49,769 nucleotides of DNA from Chiloscyllium plagiosum (Eukaryota). Both the position numbers and the translations under genes were made by a program. The notes below the pieces were generated by a model that was given only the letters and a program-made list of their open reading frames with translations, was not told the origin of the DNA and made no database searches. The stretch is from assembly GCF_004010195.1 (NCBI RefSeq), contig NC_057720.1, positions 6,446,099 to 6,495,867 of the forward strand, read 5' to 3'. Positions 12,172-25,092 of this stretch are shown here, piece after piece. Position 1 is the stretch's first letter. Each line of letters begins with the position of its first letter.

Positions 12172-13284
12172 AGAAGTGTACACTTCTCTGAGCAGAAAGT
12201 TGTCAGGAAAGCTAGGGACTACCTGAGTTGTTCTTGCAAAGGGTCAGTAGCAAGAGGATGAGGAAATTTGTGGTTTTGTTTGTGCTGCAGCCATTCTGCC
12301 CATTTTTAAGAACTGGGAAAGCATACCAGTCCTCAAATTTGCTTCACCATTAGCTCATGACTGATACCAATTAGGGAATTAACTTCAAGTGGATATCCCT
12401 TTACACAGAGCTAGTACAGGCATGGTAGGACTGAATGGCCACCTTCAGTATTGAATCATTTAGCAGTTTGTCGTATCCGCATTCATTTAATCTTTTACAT
12501 GGTTCCCATTGATTTAAGCATTTTAACGAGGATCTGACCTCTGACCAGACGATTTTCAAACTCTTAAGACAGAACATTTTAATGCAACAACCGAGGCAAT
12601 TTCTTCGGATAGTTTTTATTGTGTCTGAAACAATCGAGATTTTCATTATAAAAACATCAAAGCTCAGATTTAACTGCACTTTACCCCATATAACACAAAG
12701 TTAATGAACAGATTGTCACATCTCTCCCGTGTTCTCCCAGCAAGATATGCTTAGCCACCTGCCCTTTCTGATTTAACTGACATTTAAAAATTTATGATGA
12801 GTGGCTGCACAAAAAAACCACAGAGAAATATGTTTCTGAATGGAAGTATTTATTACTGCAATTAAGGTTCAATCCTCACAATGTAGGGATTTATAATAAT
12901 GAAACCACCATTGCAGATTATAAATAAGGCAGGTTTGGTTTTTTTTCTTCCAAAAGCAGAAATCTGCATTAGCCTGACTTTGAACCATACAGCACAGAGG
13001 GAGGCCATTCGGGCTATTGTGTTAAAGCTGGTTTGTTTGAAAGGACGGTCTAATTCACTCCAGACTCTTCTCTCATCACTCTAGATTTTCTTCCTCCAAA
13101 TTTCCACTTAAATGTTGTTGTGGAATCTGCTTCCACTTCCAGGCAGAGCACTAAGGACCTAAGAAAGTAACAATCAGGAGCAGGAGTAGGCCATCTGGCC
13201 CCGCGAGCCTGCTCCACTATTCAATAAGATCATGGTTGACCTTTTCACGGCCTCAGCTCCACCTACCCGTCCACTCACCGTAAT

Positions 13285-13722
13285 TAGGTTAGATTCACCA
13301 CAGTATGGAAACAGGCTATTCAGCCCAACAAGTCCACGCCAACCCTCCAGACAGTAACCCACCCCCCCCGCATTTACCCCTGACTAATGCACCTAACACT
13401 ACAGGCGATTTAGCATGACCAATTCACCTGACCTACACATCTTTGGAATTAGATTAGATTACTTACAGTGTGGAAACAGGCCCTTCGGCCCAACAAGTCC
13501 ACACCGACCCACCGAAGCGCAACCCGCCCAGACCCATTCCCCTCCATTTATCCCTTCACCTGGCCTGCACACCTTTGGATTGTGGGAGGAAACCGGAGCA
13601 CCCAGAGGAAACCCACGCAGACACGGGGAGAATGTGCAAACTCTGCACAGATAGTTGCCTAGGTGGGAGTTGAACCCGGGTCTCTAGCGCTGTGAGGCAG
13701 CAGTGCTAACCACTGTGCTGCC
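13285..13722 (-). mobile_element. Two adjacent HE1-like SINE copies (a 3' fragment plus a near-full copy)
   Basis: Reverse complement of the HE1-like sequence, with (ATTAG)n tails at about 13285 and 13448. Confidence 0.85.
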
Positions 13723-13761
13723 CATATAAAGTTGGGGAAGGGCACACTGTGAAGTGTCAGA

Positions 13762-13822
13762 CACTCCAGATGGGAATTAAACCCACAATCCCTGGCTTCG
13801 GAGACCGGTGCCTTATCCATTA
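13762..13822 (-). pseudogene. 5'-truncated tRNA-Arg pseudogene (CCG at the anticodon position)
   Basis: Minus strand reads TAATGGATAAGGCACCGGTCTCCGAAGCCAGGGATTGTGGGTTTAATTCCCATCTGGAGTG, close to vertebrate tRNA-Arg(CCT/CCG) from the D-loop onward. The 5' acceptor strand is missing and the T-loop is mutated. Confidence 0.85.
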
Positions 13823-13976
13823 ATGTGGGAAGAAACCAGAGCACCCTGAGGAAACCCACACAGACACAGGGAGAATGTGTAAACTCCACATAGACAGCCA
13901 CCCAAGGCTGGAATTGAACCTGGGTCCCTGGTGCTGTGAGGCAGCAGTGCTAACCACTGAGCCACCGTGCTGCCCC
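13823..13976 (-). mobile_element. HE1-like SINE 5' half
   Basis: Reverse complement begins GGGGGCAGCACGGTGGCTCAGTGGTTAGCACTGCTGCCTCACAGC and stops after the core. Confidence 0.85.
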
Positions 13977-14660
13977 CAAATTCCTTTACTGTTTAAAAAC
14001 CTATCTATCTTTGCCTTAGAAACACTCAATGAGGAAGCCTCAATTGCTTCACTGGGTGAGGTATTCCACAGATTCACAACTCTTTAGGCGAAGAAGTTCC
14101 TCTTCAGCTCAATTCTAAATCTGCTCCTCCTTATGTTAAGGCTGTGCCTCCTAGTTCTAGTTTCACCCACCAGTGGAAACAATCTCCCTGCTTCTATTTC
14201 ATCTATTTCCTTCAGAATTTAAATATTTCTATAAGATCTTCTGAATTCCAGTGAGAACAGTCCCAGTCTACTCAATCTCTCCTCATAAGGCAATCTTTTC
14301 AATTCTGGAGTCAACCTGGTGAACCCCCTCTGAACCCGCTCCAGTGCCAGTACAAGGAAGCAGACCAAAACTGTACACAATACTCCGGGTATGGTTGGTT
14401 GCAGCAGCACCCTGTACAGTTACAAAATAACCTCTGTGTTTTTAAACTCCATCACTCCAGCAATGAACAGTAATATTTCATTTACCTTTTTAATGACCTG
14501 CTGCAACTGCTAACCAACTTTTTGCGATTCATGCACTGGGGCATCCAAATACATAGCAGCAATTCTCTTCACTATTTAAATGATCGTTCATATTGTTGTT
14601 ATTCCTACCAAAACGGAAGACCTCACCTTTACCCAACATTGTACTCCATCTGCCAGCAGT
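13977..14660 (-). mobile_element. CR1-like LINE fragment; its 3' UTR continues at about 13155-13285, split off by the SINE cluster
   Basis: ORF track: LERVQRGFTRLTPELKRLPYEERLSRLGLFSLE and NLWNTSPSEAIEASSLSVSKAKIDRFL. Confidence 0.85.
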
Positions 14661-14859
14661 TATTTGCAAACTGCAGTTGAAGCTAGACCATTTGTTAAAC
14701 TGAGACTAATGGACTTCTGTTGTTGAGGGCTTGATGGGTACAACAATGGGTATTTGGAGTTAGGTCCCAGGTCAGCCAAGGTCTGATTAAATGACAAAGT
14801 AAGTTTCAGGTGGTAAATAGTCTTTCCTGGATCAGTTATGATTATTTTCATTAGAACAT

Positions 14860-15235
14860 AGAAGAATGAGAAGTGGAAGGAATCTCATCAAAACCTATGT
14901 TATTCTAACAGGACCACACAGATTAGGTGCAAGAGAGTTGTCACCAAAGACCAGAGAGTCCAGAGCCAGGGGTTCATAATGTCAGGATATGGGGCAGGTC
15001 ATTTGGGACTGAGAGGTAGAGAAATGTCTTCACCCAGAAAGTAGGGAGCCTGCGGAATTCTCTGCCACGGGAAGTCAAAAACACTGAATGTTTTCAAAAA
15101 ATAGGAAGATAAAATTCTTCAGGCTCAAGGGATCAAAAGGTATGGAGTGGAAGTGGGAACAGGGTTGGATGATCAGCCATGATCATATCGAATGGTGGCA
15201 GGCTCAAGGGGACGAATGGCCTGCTCCTATTTACT
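14860..15235 (+). mobile_element. CR1-like LINE 3' fragment
   Basis: AGAAATGTCTTCACCCAGAAAGTAGGGAGCCTGCGGAATTCTCTGCC and the GATCAGCCATGATC...GAATGGCCTGCTCCT 3' UTR. Confidence 0.7.
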
Positions 15236-15889
15236 ATATTCCACATTACATGCTCCTCCAACAACTTCATCTGATTCTGGCAGCTGAGTAAAATTATTGA
15301 ACTGAACACGCTTCAACTTCAACCCAACTCTCCTTCCTGCTCCCCAGAACTCTTTCACCCGCTGCACATTAAACATTTCTCTGTCTCCTTCTTAAATTTA
15401 TTCGATGTTGGCTTCCAATGTGCTCCAGGGCAATAGATCCAGAAGTGATTCCTCCTCACCTCTGTCCCAGCTCAGACACTGAACAGGATGAGGCAAAGTG
15501 GAACTGTGCAAAGATGGGTTGTTGCAACAGTTGACAGGAATCTCCACTGGCTCACTCGATGTACATTGTCTGACCAAGGTTTAAAGAAAAGTGGAAGAGG
15601 AAATGCTTAGCTACTCTACTTGGTCTGATCCTCCATCGCAACATCCCCAAAGCATTCCATTGCCATCAATAATTGCAGTGTGGCAGCGCCTCCTCCTGAC
15701 CACAAATATACCAAATTACATTGCTTCTCTTTATCCATTTCTGATTATTAGGAAGTGGAATTCTCTTCCCTGGAGGCCAGGCTTTTAAATTCATTCAAGG
15801 CTGAAGTGGAGAGATTTTTGAAAGACGATGGAGCCAAGGATTATTCGTTAAAAATGAGAAAATAAAGTTGAGACCACAATTGGATCAGC

Positions 15890-16208
15890 AATTCGCCAAA
15901 GGTCCTCAGAGAGCACCTTCCAAACCGTGACCACTTCTATCTAGAAGGACGTGAGAACACCACCCCCTGCAAATTTCCCCTCCAAGGTACTCACCATCCT
16001 GACTTGGAAATATATCACCGTTCCTTCACTGGCACTGGGGCAAAATCCTGGAATTCCCTCCCTAAGGGTATTGTGCGTCTACCTACAGCAGGTGAACTGC
16101 AGTGGTTCAAGAAGGCAGCTCACCATCATCACCTCAAGGGCAACTAGGAATGGGCAATAAAATGCTGGTCCAGATAGTGATGTCCATGTCCTCAGGATTG
16201 ACAAAAAA
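15890..16208 (+). mobile_element. LINE 3' end sharing its tail with the second SINE family
   Basis: Ends GGGCAACTAGGAATGGGCAATAAAATGCTGG...poly-A. Homologous minus-strand pieces occur at about 23120-23290 and 47075-47500. Confidence 0.7.
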
Positions 16209-16894
16209 TAGTGATCTCATTGCATGATGGAGCAGGTTCAAAGGGCTGAGTAGCCTACTCCTGTTTGCAAGCCTTGTGCTTTCATTGTAATTTCTGCACT
16301 CAGTTTGGACTTGTTATATCGGCGAGGTTTTCTTTGAACCTGTTGGCATGGTGACAGCATTCTATTCTGCATTGTGTCAATCGCTGCATTAGTAAGCCTT
16401 GAGGCTTCAGCCGGGTGGACTGGACTGAATTGCTGTCATGCCAGGAACTCAAAGCTGAGATTTGTCACAAGCGAGTGAATTTCTGGCTTTGACATCTTGT
16501 GACCCCTGCCAAATTACCTTTTGATCAAAGAGGCTTATCACTAGCACACATTAAAAATTGAGATGAGATAATAAGAAGGCACAAAATAAATAAATTCAAG
16601 AATGTGTGAGGACTGGGGAGCAGTGAAGTATCAAGAATTCAGGTTTTTGAACAAGCTGCATCGTGCTCAATCCTCATTACAGTAACCACCTGCTCAGATG
16701 TCATGCTTAAGAACATAAGAAGTAGGAGCAAGATTAGAAAGTTTCAGTCCCTTGAATCTAGTCCATCATTCAATTTCTAGCTTGTTCCCCCTTGACACCC
16801 TTGTAGAACAAAATATTGTCAACATTCAACACTGACCATATTATATCTTTGTCTTCCACTGCTATTTGGGTAGAAAATTCCAAACCCTCAGGGT

Positions 16895-17243
16895 GAAAAG
16901 GATGATAGGGTGAATAGCCAATGTCCTTCTCCCATGGCAGGGGACTCCAAAACTAGACGGCATGGAATTTAAGGTGAGAGGGGAAAGGTTTAAGAGGGGC
17001 CTAAGGGGCAACTTTTTCACACAGAGGGTGGTGTGTGTATGGAATGAGCTGCCTGAGGGAGAGTTGGAGGCTGGTACAATTACAACATTTGAAAAGCATC
17101 TTGAAGGGTATATGAACAGGAAGGGTTTAGAGGGATATGGGCCAAATGCTGACAAATGAGACTAGATTCATTTAGGATATCTGGTCGGCATGGACAAGTT
17201 GGGCCAAAAGGTCAGTTTCATGCTGTAATCTCTATGACTCTAG
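16895..17243 (+). mobile_element. CR1-like LINE 3' end
   Basis: FKVRGERFKRGLRGNFFTQRVVCVWNELPE...FEKHLEGYMNRKGLEGYG, with a CTCTATGACTCTA tail. Confidence 0.9.
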
Positions 17244-17469
17244 GACTTTACAATGATCTCATAGAAGAAATTCCTCCCCACCTTAACGTTAAATGGATGA
17301 TCCCTTTGTTCATAAACCATGTGTCCTATTTCTAAATTCCCTCATGCAGGTGAAACATCTCCTCAGCATCTACCCCATAAATTCCCCACCCAAGTATAAG
17401 CAGTAACCAGTAGAGTACCACAGGATCAGAACTGGGGCCTCAATTATATATGGTCCATGTTGGAATTTT

Positions 17470-17790
17470 GACCTGATTGAAGCATACAAGATTCTTAGCT
17501 TTCCTGTTAGGATAGATGTGGATGTTTCTCCTGATGGATGAGTCTAGGACCAGAGGACATCATCTTGGAATGAAGTATCACCTATTTAAGATGGAGATGA
17601 GGAAGAATTGCTTCTCTGAGAAGGTGGGGAAGTAGTAGAATTCCACACCACAGAGGTCTGTCGAGCTTGGGTTACTGAATATATCGAAGGTTGAGGAAGA
17701 TGGGTTTTCAACCAATAAAGGGATCACGGGTTCCAGGGAATAGACAGGGAAATGGAGTCGTGAATTATCAGGACAGCCATGATTAAGCTG
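17470..17790 (+). mobile_element. CR1-like LINE 3' fragment
   Basis: GACCTGATTGAAGCATACAAGATTC...TTTAAGATGGAGATGAGGAAGAATTGCTTCTCTGAG. Confidence 0.7.
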
Positions 17791-18017
17791 AGGGAGGAGA
17801 TCTGAGTGTGAATGGGAGTCAACAGCAGGAGGAGAGCTGGGAGCAGACCAGGCCATCACAAACAGACAGTTCAAGAGAGTTACAAGCACATAATATCTGA
17901 CGACAATGAGAATGAGATTCAGCGATAGTGCTACTCAATGAGTTACACAAAAGGTAAGGATAAAACATGTCCTTTATGTATCTGATTAATTCACGTTTCA
18001 GAATCTGTAGAGAAAAA

Positions 18018-18480
18018 TGTTGTGAACACAGCCCAGTCCATATGAAAACTGACCTTCTTTCCATTGACTCTGTCTACGCAGCCTGCTGATTTGGGAAAGC
18101 AGCTAACATCATCAAAGACCCCTCCCATCCTAGTTATACTCTCTTCCACCCTCTTCTTTTGTGCAAATGATATAAAAGTTTGAAAACATGTACCAACAGA
18201 TTCAAGAACAGCTTCTTCCCCGCTGTTATCAGACGTATGATCAGATCTCATGTTTATTAGAGTTGATCTTTCTCTGCACCTTCTCTGTAGCTGTAACACT
18301 ATATTCTGCATTCTGTTCTATTATCTGCTTTTGTAAGGTATAAAATGCTTGATTATGTATAACATATATAATATGTATAATATTATAATATGTATAATAT
18401 GCCTGGATAGCACACCAAGCAATACTTTTCACTGTATCTAGGTATGTGACAATAATTAAACGAATCACAAATCCAATCAT
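18018..18480 (+). mobile_element. Rex1/Babar-like LINE 3' end with an internal AT-rich microsatellite (about 18355-18400)
   Basis: Translates as KAANIIKDPSHPSYTLFHPL and CTNRFKNSFFPAVIR, resembling the Rex1-type C-terminal DPSHP...LF..LPSG motif. Confidence 0.75.
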
Positions 18481-18699
18481 ATATGGTAATGATGACAAAA
18501 ACATTGAAAAGTGCAAAACAGAAAAGCCAGATGAAAGAATCAAAATTTGTAAATGAGATTTCTTTTTAATACTCGAATAGTGGTGTAGACTCAATGGGCT
18601 GAATGGCCTACATCTATGGGTTTTTGTGAATGACAAATGATAGAATGGATTATATTGCAGCTAATATTTGCTGACAGTGATAGTGTAGTGTAGGGAAAG

Positions 18700-18922
18700 T
18701 GTAGTGAACGCAAGGAGGTCACCAGGTGAATATCATAGAATATAAGTTCCCTGTTAATCTGGTCCAATCAGGGAATCCTGGCTGAAGGATATAAACAGGA
18801 GTGTCAGGGCTCTGCTCACTCCGAGATTGGCTCAGAGCTAACTGGGTCAGTGTCATGTACTATGCACGTGTAAGTAAAGGGTGACTTGGTGAAGGGATAC
18901 CAGCCTTTGTGGAGTTATTTCA
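18700..18922 (+). mobile_element. Solo LTR
   Basis: TGTAGTG...GTTATTTCA termini with CCAAT, TATAAA and AGTAAA in order. Homologous to 40092-40454. Confidence 0.75.
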
Positions 18923-19794
18923 GACAGCACGTTATGAGAGGACACAAAGGGATGTAGATAGGTTAAGTGAGTGGGCATAAAGAGAGGTAATATTGCTCTG
19001 CTGTAATGTGCAAAGGAATCTTGCACATTAGTCACAAACAGATAGATTGTGGGTAAGCAAGTTCCATGCTGTACATCCCTGTGACGTGACTCTATTCAAT
19101 TAGGCAGGCAGGTGTAAAGTTGGCCTTTATTGTAAGGCGGATGGAGCTTGAAAGTTCGGAAGCCTTCTGCAATTGATGGTGAGGCCCCACTGAGATAACT
19201 GAATACAGTTTTGAACTCTTATATTGCAAAACAAGCTTTTACATGACACTTCATTATGTGCCTTTTGGAAATAATGATAAATATCAAATGTAATGAATAT
19301 ATACAGAAATTTGTTTGAAATAAAAGACCTGTTCTACTGTGAATTTAATCGACCAGCAGCCTGGGAAATGGAACATTTGCAATTCAAGCATCGTCATCAA
19401 GTGCTTCCAGGTTAAGGACAAACTATAGTTTGATGTACAGTTTTGCATCTTTAATTCTGTTCATCTCACAGTGACACTATTATTGGAATAGCATCAGGTG
19501 AGATTGACAGTTTGCTGTCAAATTTGGAACAGCTTAATGCTGTAGACCCAGACCAAACCTCAATTCACAAAGGCCCTGAAGTCATCTGTAAGATACTAAT
19601 GCACACGCCCTTAACGTATTCATTTCAAATTTCTCACTGCTACATTAATGGAGTGGTTAACCCAATAGCAGAAAAAAATCTCAGAAGCATTCAAATATCT
19701 ATGCTGTAACACTTGCATTTAGATAACATGTTTAACACAGTGAAACTTCTCATCAGAGCTGCATAAAGATAGAGGGTGGAATTAAACACAGAAA

Positions 19795-20050
19795 CTTCAA
19801 AAACAGGAGCAGAAATAGGCTATTCAGCCCGTTGGACCCACTCCGCCATTCAATATGATAATGGCTAATCATTCAATTCAGTCCCCTGCTCCCTCTATCT
19901 CCCCTTTAATCCCTTTAGCCCAAAAAACTATATCTAACTCATTTTTGAAAACATTCAATATTTTGGTGTTTACTGCTTTCTGTAGTTGAGAATTCCACAA
20001 GCTCACCACTGATTGGGTACAGACAATTTCCCCCTATCTCATTCCTGAAT
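19795..20050 (-). mobile_element. CR1-like LINE 3' end
   Basis: Reverse complement contains GTGGTGAGCTTGTGGAATTCTC and the same 3' UTR as the other copies. Confidence 0.65.
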
Positions 20051-20136
20051 CAGAAGTCACACGACACCAGGCTATAGTCTAACAGGTTTATGTGAAATCA
20101 CAAGCTTTCGGAGCACTGCCCCTGGGTCAGGTGAAG
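20050..20136 (-). mobile_element. Penelope-like element end (family 2), degenerate hammerhead region
   Basis: CAGAAGTCACACGACACCAGG...AAGCTTTCGGAGCAC is homologous to 35385-35640 and 40500-40775. Confidence 0.65.
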
Positions 20137-20144
20137 TCTTTGAG

Positions 20145-20530
20145 TCGACCTAACTGAAGCATACAAGATGCTCGGGGAATTGACGGAGTAGATGAGGAAA
20201 GGTTTTTTTGCCCTTGTGAGAGAGTCGAGGACCAGAGGACAGAATCTCAGAATAAGGAGTTGTATATTTAAGTCAGGGATGAGGCAGAATTTTTTCACTC
20301 AGCGGGGAGTGAATCTGTGGAATTCTTTACCTCAGAGAGCTGGCAAGGCTGGGTCAAACGGTACATTCAAGGCCGAGAGAGACGTTTTTAATGCGTAAGG
20401 AAATCAAAGGAAATAGGGTAAAGGCAGGGAAGAGGAGATGAGGAGCATCACATCAGCCATGACCTCATTGAATGGAGGAACAAACTCAATGGCCTACAGT
20501 TGCTCCGACATTCCTATGGACTTATGGTCT
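20145..20530 (+). mobile_element. CR1-like LINE 3' end
   Basis: ESRTRGQNLRIRSCIFKSGMRQNFFTQRGVNLWNSLPQ. Confidence 0.85.
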
Positions 20531-21703
20531 AACACACACGGAGTGTAAATCACAGAATCACAGAACTGTTACAGCACAGACAGAGCTCATTCAGTCCATC
20601 TTGCCTGCACCGGTTCTATTCCACGGTGCCAATCTCTTGCCTTTTCCCCATATGTTAATCATTAGTTGATTCTCAATTTGTGGTTGATTATGGGATTATT
20701 ATCGTTAACATGACACCAGGGAGGGTTGACCCAGTGTTAGATATTGCCACTTACTGGCTGCCCCAGCCCTTTCCTTTGCATTGTGACCCCTCACCCACCT
20801 ATAATCTGAACTCCTGGGTGGTCCTAAATCTTTGGTATGTGCACTGCCAGCAGTGGCTAGGGTGTTGTTACCCCACAGAGAGGCAGGACCTCTGCCCTCT
20901 ACCCCTAGCCATTTAAGTTCCTTAATACGGGCTTGCACCAGCAGAGGTAATGTGGTGTTTCCGTCAGCCCTCCAGTTTTTAAGCACCCTCAGGCACCTCT
21001 ATTACATCCTGTCTTTGTGCTTAATTTTCCCTTTAGCCAAACAACTCACAGCCAGGCTGTTATCGCAACTGAAAATAGTAAACTAACAAATGAATCCAGT
21101 CCCGATACCTGCAATTCAGGGGAATAATTCTGCAAGGACGGCCGTTTCTTAGCTGTCACGAGCGATTCAGAAAATGTTACGTGAAAACCTTTGCTATATA
21201 AAAAAAAGGCAAAAATGATGCCAAGGTTAAAACCTCAGTGATGCCTTGTGTAATGGTAACTTTGCCTGCTTGTCATCCTTTGCCATAAAATATATTGCTA
21301 CCTTCATTACTGCAGCCTGTCCCAATTACAGCAGTTTTATCAGACTCTGCCATTCCCCCAGAGAGCCATGAACAAGAGATTCTTCACCAAGTGTGATTAT
21401 TAAAATACTTAAAGTTGTACTCAAAGGCTCAGCTCTCAGCTATCTCACGTTGCTCAGTGTAATTAAGAATGCCAATCACAACTTTTAATGTCTTCACTTT
21501 CTAAATTTTTTTTAACTTCAGAATGAAATCTTTGACCCTACGACAGAGATTTTTGCACGATCAGCAAGCCTTAATCATCAAAGGGTTTTTTTTATTGCAG
21601 CTCGGATCGGGTGTGAAACGTGTAATGTTTCTCATTGATTGTTAGCTTGGTAAATTCACCCCGGTTGACCCCTGTCCATGGCAACATTCACATCCCTCTC
21701 GAA

Positions 21704-22040
21704 GGGAGGCGATGGTCTCGTGGTGTTGTCGGTGGGCTGTTAATCCAGAGACTCAGATAGCACTTTGAGAACCTGGGTTCAAATCCCGCCATGGCAGATG
21801 GTGGAAATCGAATTCGATAAAAGAACAATCTGGAATTAAGAGTCTAGTGATGACCATGAATCCATCGATGATTGTTGGGAAAAGCCCATGTGGTCCAACA
21901 CTGCCCTTTAGGGAAGGAAACTGCCAACCTTATCTGGTCTGGCCTATACATGACTCCAGACCTACAGCAATGGGACTGACTCAACTTCTTGATTGGCAAC
22001 AAATGTTGCAATGCCTTCATCCCATGAAAGAATAAACAAA
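21704..22040 (+). mobile_element. tRNA-derived SINE (second family), near full length
   Basis: A-box-like TGGTCTCGTGG, B-box GGGTTCAAATCCC, conserved body and CATCCCATGAAAGAATAAA tail. Confidence 0.8.
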
Positions 22041-22684
22041 AAAATGTGATAATGTCTGAAAATGCTCTGTGTACGTTGACTAATCTGAAAAATGTATAAA
22101 ATGTTAATGCAGAGAGAAATATATCAGTCATTCTACACTCGGCAAGTCCTCGTGATTAATAACGGTAAGGATTGACTGGTTAATCCATGCTTTGGTAGTG
22201 TTGTTTGAGGAACAAAGCATTGGTTAAGATACTCACAGAATGCCTACCCTGTTTCATGTGGTTTTATGGGATCCTAAGTGGATGCCAGTAAAATTGGTCA
22301 AGTCATTAGCTTTATAAACACCATTTCCAACAATGGAGCCCTCATATCAATATGTATCAGCCTAGAGCACAGAACTGCAAATGGGCCTTGAACCCACAGA
22401 CCTTTAACACTGTGACTAACATTCATGAATGAATGACATGAAGTGTGCAAATTCCTTGAAACCAGAAGCATAGTGGCAGTGTCAATGGGCCATTTATCCA
22501 GAACCTCAGGCTAGTTGTTTGGGTACAAAGGATACAATTTACAGTGTGGCAGCTGGTGGAAGTTGAATTAGAAGCTTGTTTAATGGCGACCACTGTTGAT
22601 GTCCTTAACTCTGCTTCGACAGAACACTCCGGGGAAAGAAATCTGACCCTAGTCTGGGCTACACTGGACTCCAGGACAAACAGA

Positions 22685-22830
22685 GGACTGCAGATGCTGG
22701 TGCGTCAAGAGTCAAAAAGCGTGGCGTGGAAAATGTAGAGGGGGTCAGGCAGCATCCAGGTCTCCTGCTCCTTGGATGTTGCCTGACCTGCTGTGCCTTT
22801 TCCAGAACCACGCATTTCGACTCTACATTG
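22685..22830. mobile_element. Inverted pair of Penelope-like (family 1) ends with the centre deleted, inserted in a SINE
   Basis: GGTCAGGCAGCATCC is followed by GGATGTTGCCTGACC; same family as 25421-25655. Confidence 0.7.
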
Positions 22831-23496
22831 GACTCCAGCCTCACAACAATATGGTTGACTCGTAACTGCCTTCTGAGCAATAAATGCTGGTCACCAACAT
22901 CCACACCACGTGAATGAGTCTTTCACAAATCCAGCCTCCCTACTACACCTTCGATGACAAAATGTTGGTAACACTGCTGAAGTGTACCAAAGGAATTTGT
23001 GCTATCTTGCTCTGGGCTTGCCGATCTGATGAGCAGAGCTGATGCTTTGAAGCAAAGCTGATGTTTTGAAGTTGGAAAACTCTGACTAGAGACCCAGGAA
23101 GAGTCAGCTTTATTTTGTATCAGCTCAGAAGGCATGGGTGTCACTGACTGGGCCCAGCATTTATTGCATGTTCCTAGCTGCCCCTTGAGAAGTTGATGGT
23201 GAGCTGCCTTCTTGAACCGCTGCAGTCCCTGTGTTGTAGCTCGACCAACAATGCTGTCACAGAGGGATTTCCAGGATTTTGACCCACTTGTTGGGTTTTA
23301 GTCAGAATCAACTGGCCCCGTTGAGCTGGAGAAACCTTGTGCTGAGGGAGAGAAAAGCTGGGGCATGGTGAGGGGCTGGAGCAACAGGCTGAGTCGTAGT
23401 GTCGTGGAGCCTAGGTCACAAATAGTTCAGACCGAAGCCACAGGCTAGAGAGCCGGGAAATAGCAATGCAGCTGACGATCAGTTGCATGGCGGCAG

Positions 23497-23625
23497 GGGG
23501 CAGCATAGTGGCTCAGTAGTTCGCACTGCTGCCTCACAGTGCTAGGGACTCAGGTTCGATTCCACCCTCAGGTGACTGTGTGGAGTTTGCACATTCTCCC
23601 TGTGTCTGTGTAGGTTTCCTCTGGA
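23497..23625 (+). mobile_element. HE1-like SINE 5' part
   Basis: GGGGGCAGCATAGTGGCTCAGTAGTTCGCACTGCTGCCTCACAG head. Confidence 0.8.
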
Positions 23626-23744
23626 ACTATCACTAGTTTCCCATGACTGAGTGGCACCTATTACCATGTCTGCTAGATGCAATGTAATAGGGCCCCTTGA
23701 ACTCAGGGATTTTTCACAGATGGTCCTCTGGGCTCCAGAGAATC

Positions 23745-24048
23745 ATAGAATCCCTACAGGGTAGAAACAAGCCCTTCAGCCCAACAAGTCCACACTAACG
23801 CTCTGAAGTGCAACCCGCCCAGACCCATTCCCCACCCCATTATCCTATATTTACCCCTGAACAGTACGGGCAATTTAGCATGACCAATTCACCTGACCTG
23901 CACATCTTTGGACTGTGGGAGGAAACCCACGCAGACACGGGGAGAACGTGCAAACTCCACACAAACAGTCGCCCGAGGCTGGAATCAAACCTGGGACCCT
24001 GGTGCTGTAAGGCAGCAGTGCTAACCACTGAGACACCATGCCACCCCA
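23745..24048 (-). mobile_element. HE1-like SINE
   Basis: Reverse complement matches the other HE1-like copies from head to tail. Confidence 0.85.
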
Positions 24049-24834
24049 GAGGATCACAGTAGGTCAGTGAGTGCACCAAGACTGATGGGCCACTGAGACC
24101 TGATTCCTTAATAGATGTAAGGACTAGAACATTGGGTGAGCTCCAGTCTGAGATAGGTCAAGGGTGTTGATAAATTTTAAGGTGACAGGGATCAGGAGAG
24201 GCAGCTGTGGATGAACGTGCTGCAGTGGTGGCTATTACATACACAGCCAGAGAGAGCATTGTGCTTGGGAATATAATCACAAAGGACTGACTGACCCTGA
24301 GGCAGCAGCAGTTCAAATAATAGGAGCTGAATAAAGATTTGATTTATGTAATAATAACATGTAGCTGCTATTCAGTGCATGGTGTTAACTTGATTGAGAG
24401 ACAAGAAGCAACTGATAGAACACCCACTTACTAGACCCTGGTGGAAATCAATCATTAGAAGCTCTGTTATAACAGTTTGTACTTCTCAAATGTCTATCAC
24501 GGAGTATTCAAATTGTTCCCAGATTGAGGAGCTGAACCAAAGTAATGATGCTGGTACCAAAGTGTGAAATTTTCTGATTGTTGAGTTTTATGTCAGTAAT
24601 TGATCCCATGAAGCACGATACTCCCACATTTCCTATGGTTCAACTTTTCATTTCTCTCTCTCTCTTGCTATCGCTGTGTACCAGCTTGCTTTATTCTGTG
24701 AGCAGGTTAAAGTAACTCCTGGGATTTTCCACAAGCATGAAGTTGATCCCAGTCTAAACTAAACCATTCAAGTATTGTCCAGGACAGGTTTCCCTCTTGC
24801 CCACATTCATGTCATTAATGTGATACTTTCCAAT

Positions 24835-25015
24835 TGAAATAACAGTATACAGGCTAGTATCCCATCATCAAGTGGCCAGCCGCTTGGAGTCAGTCCTCAA
24901 CTGAGGAGATTCTAATTGTCTGGTTGTATTGGTTGGCCAGCACTTTCCTGATTGGCCCAGGAAACCCTAATCAAGAACCTCACAGTCAACAAGGTCCGCC
25001 TGGTTCCAATCACTC
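24835..25015 (-). mobile_element. Degraded solo LTR of the same family as 18700 and 40092
   Basis: TGAAATAAC...GGCTAGTATCCCATCATCAAGT is the reverse complement of the LTR 3' end. Confidence 0.5.
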
Positions 25016-25092
25016 CTCTAATTGACATATTCAGAGATGTTGTGACACATCTCTGGAGCAAGTGGGACTTGAACCCAGGCCACCTTCTCAGA

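Noticed and set aside
23026..23056. Hammerhead-like CTGATGA-GCAGAGC-TGAT-GCTTTG-AAGC
   Set aside because: There is no GAAA box or proper cleavage triplet, and the flanks do not match the Penelope families. It may be chance or a very old remnant.
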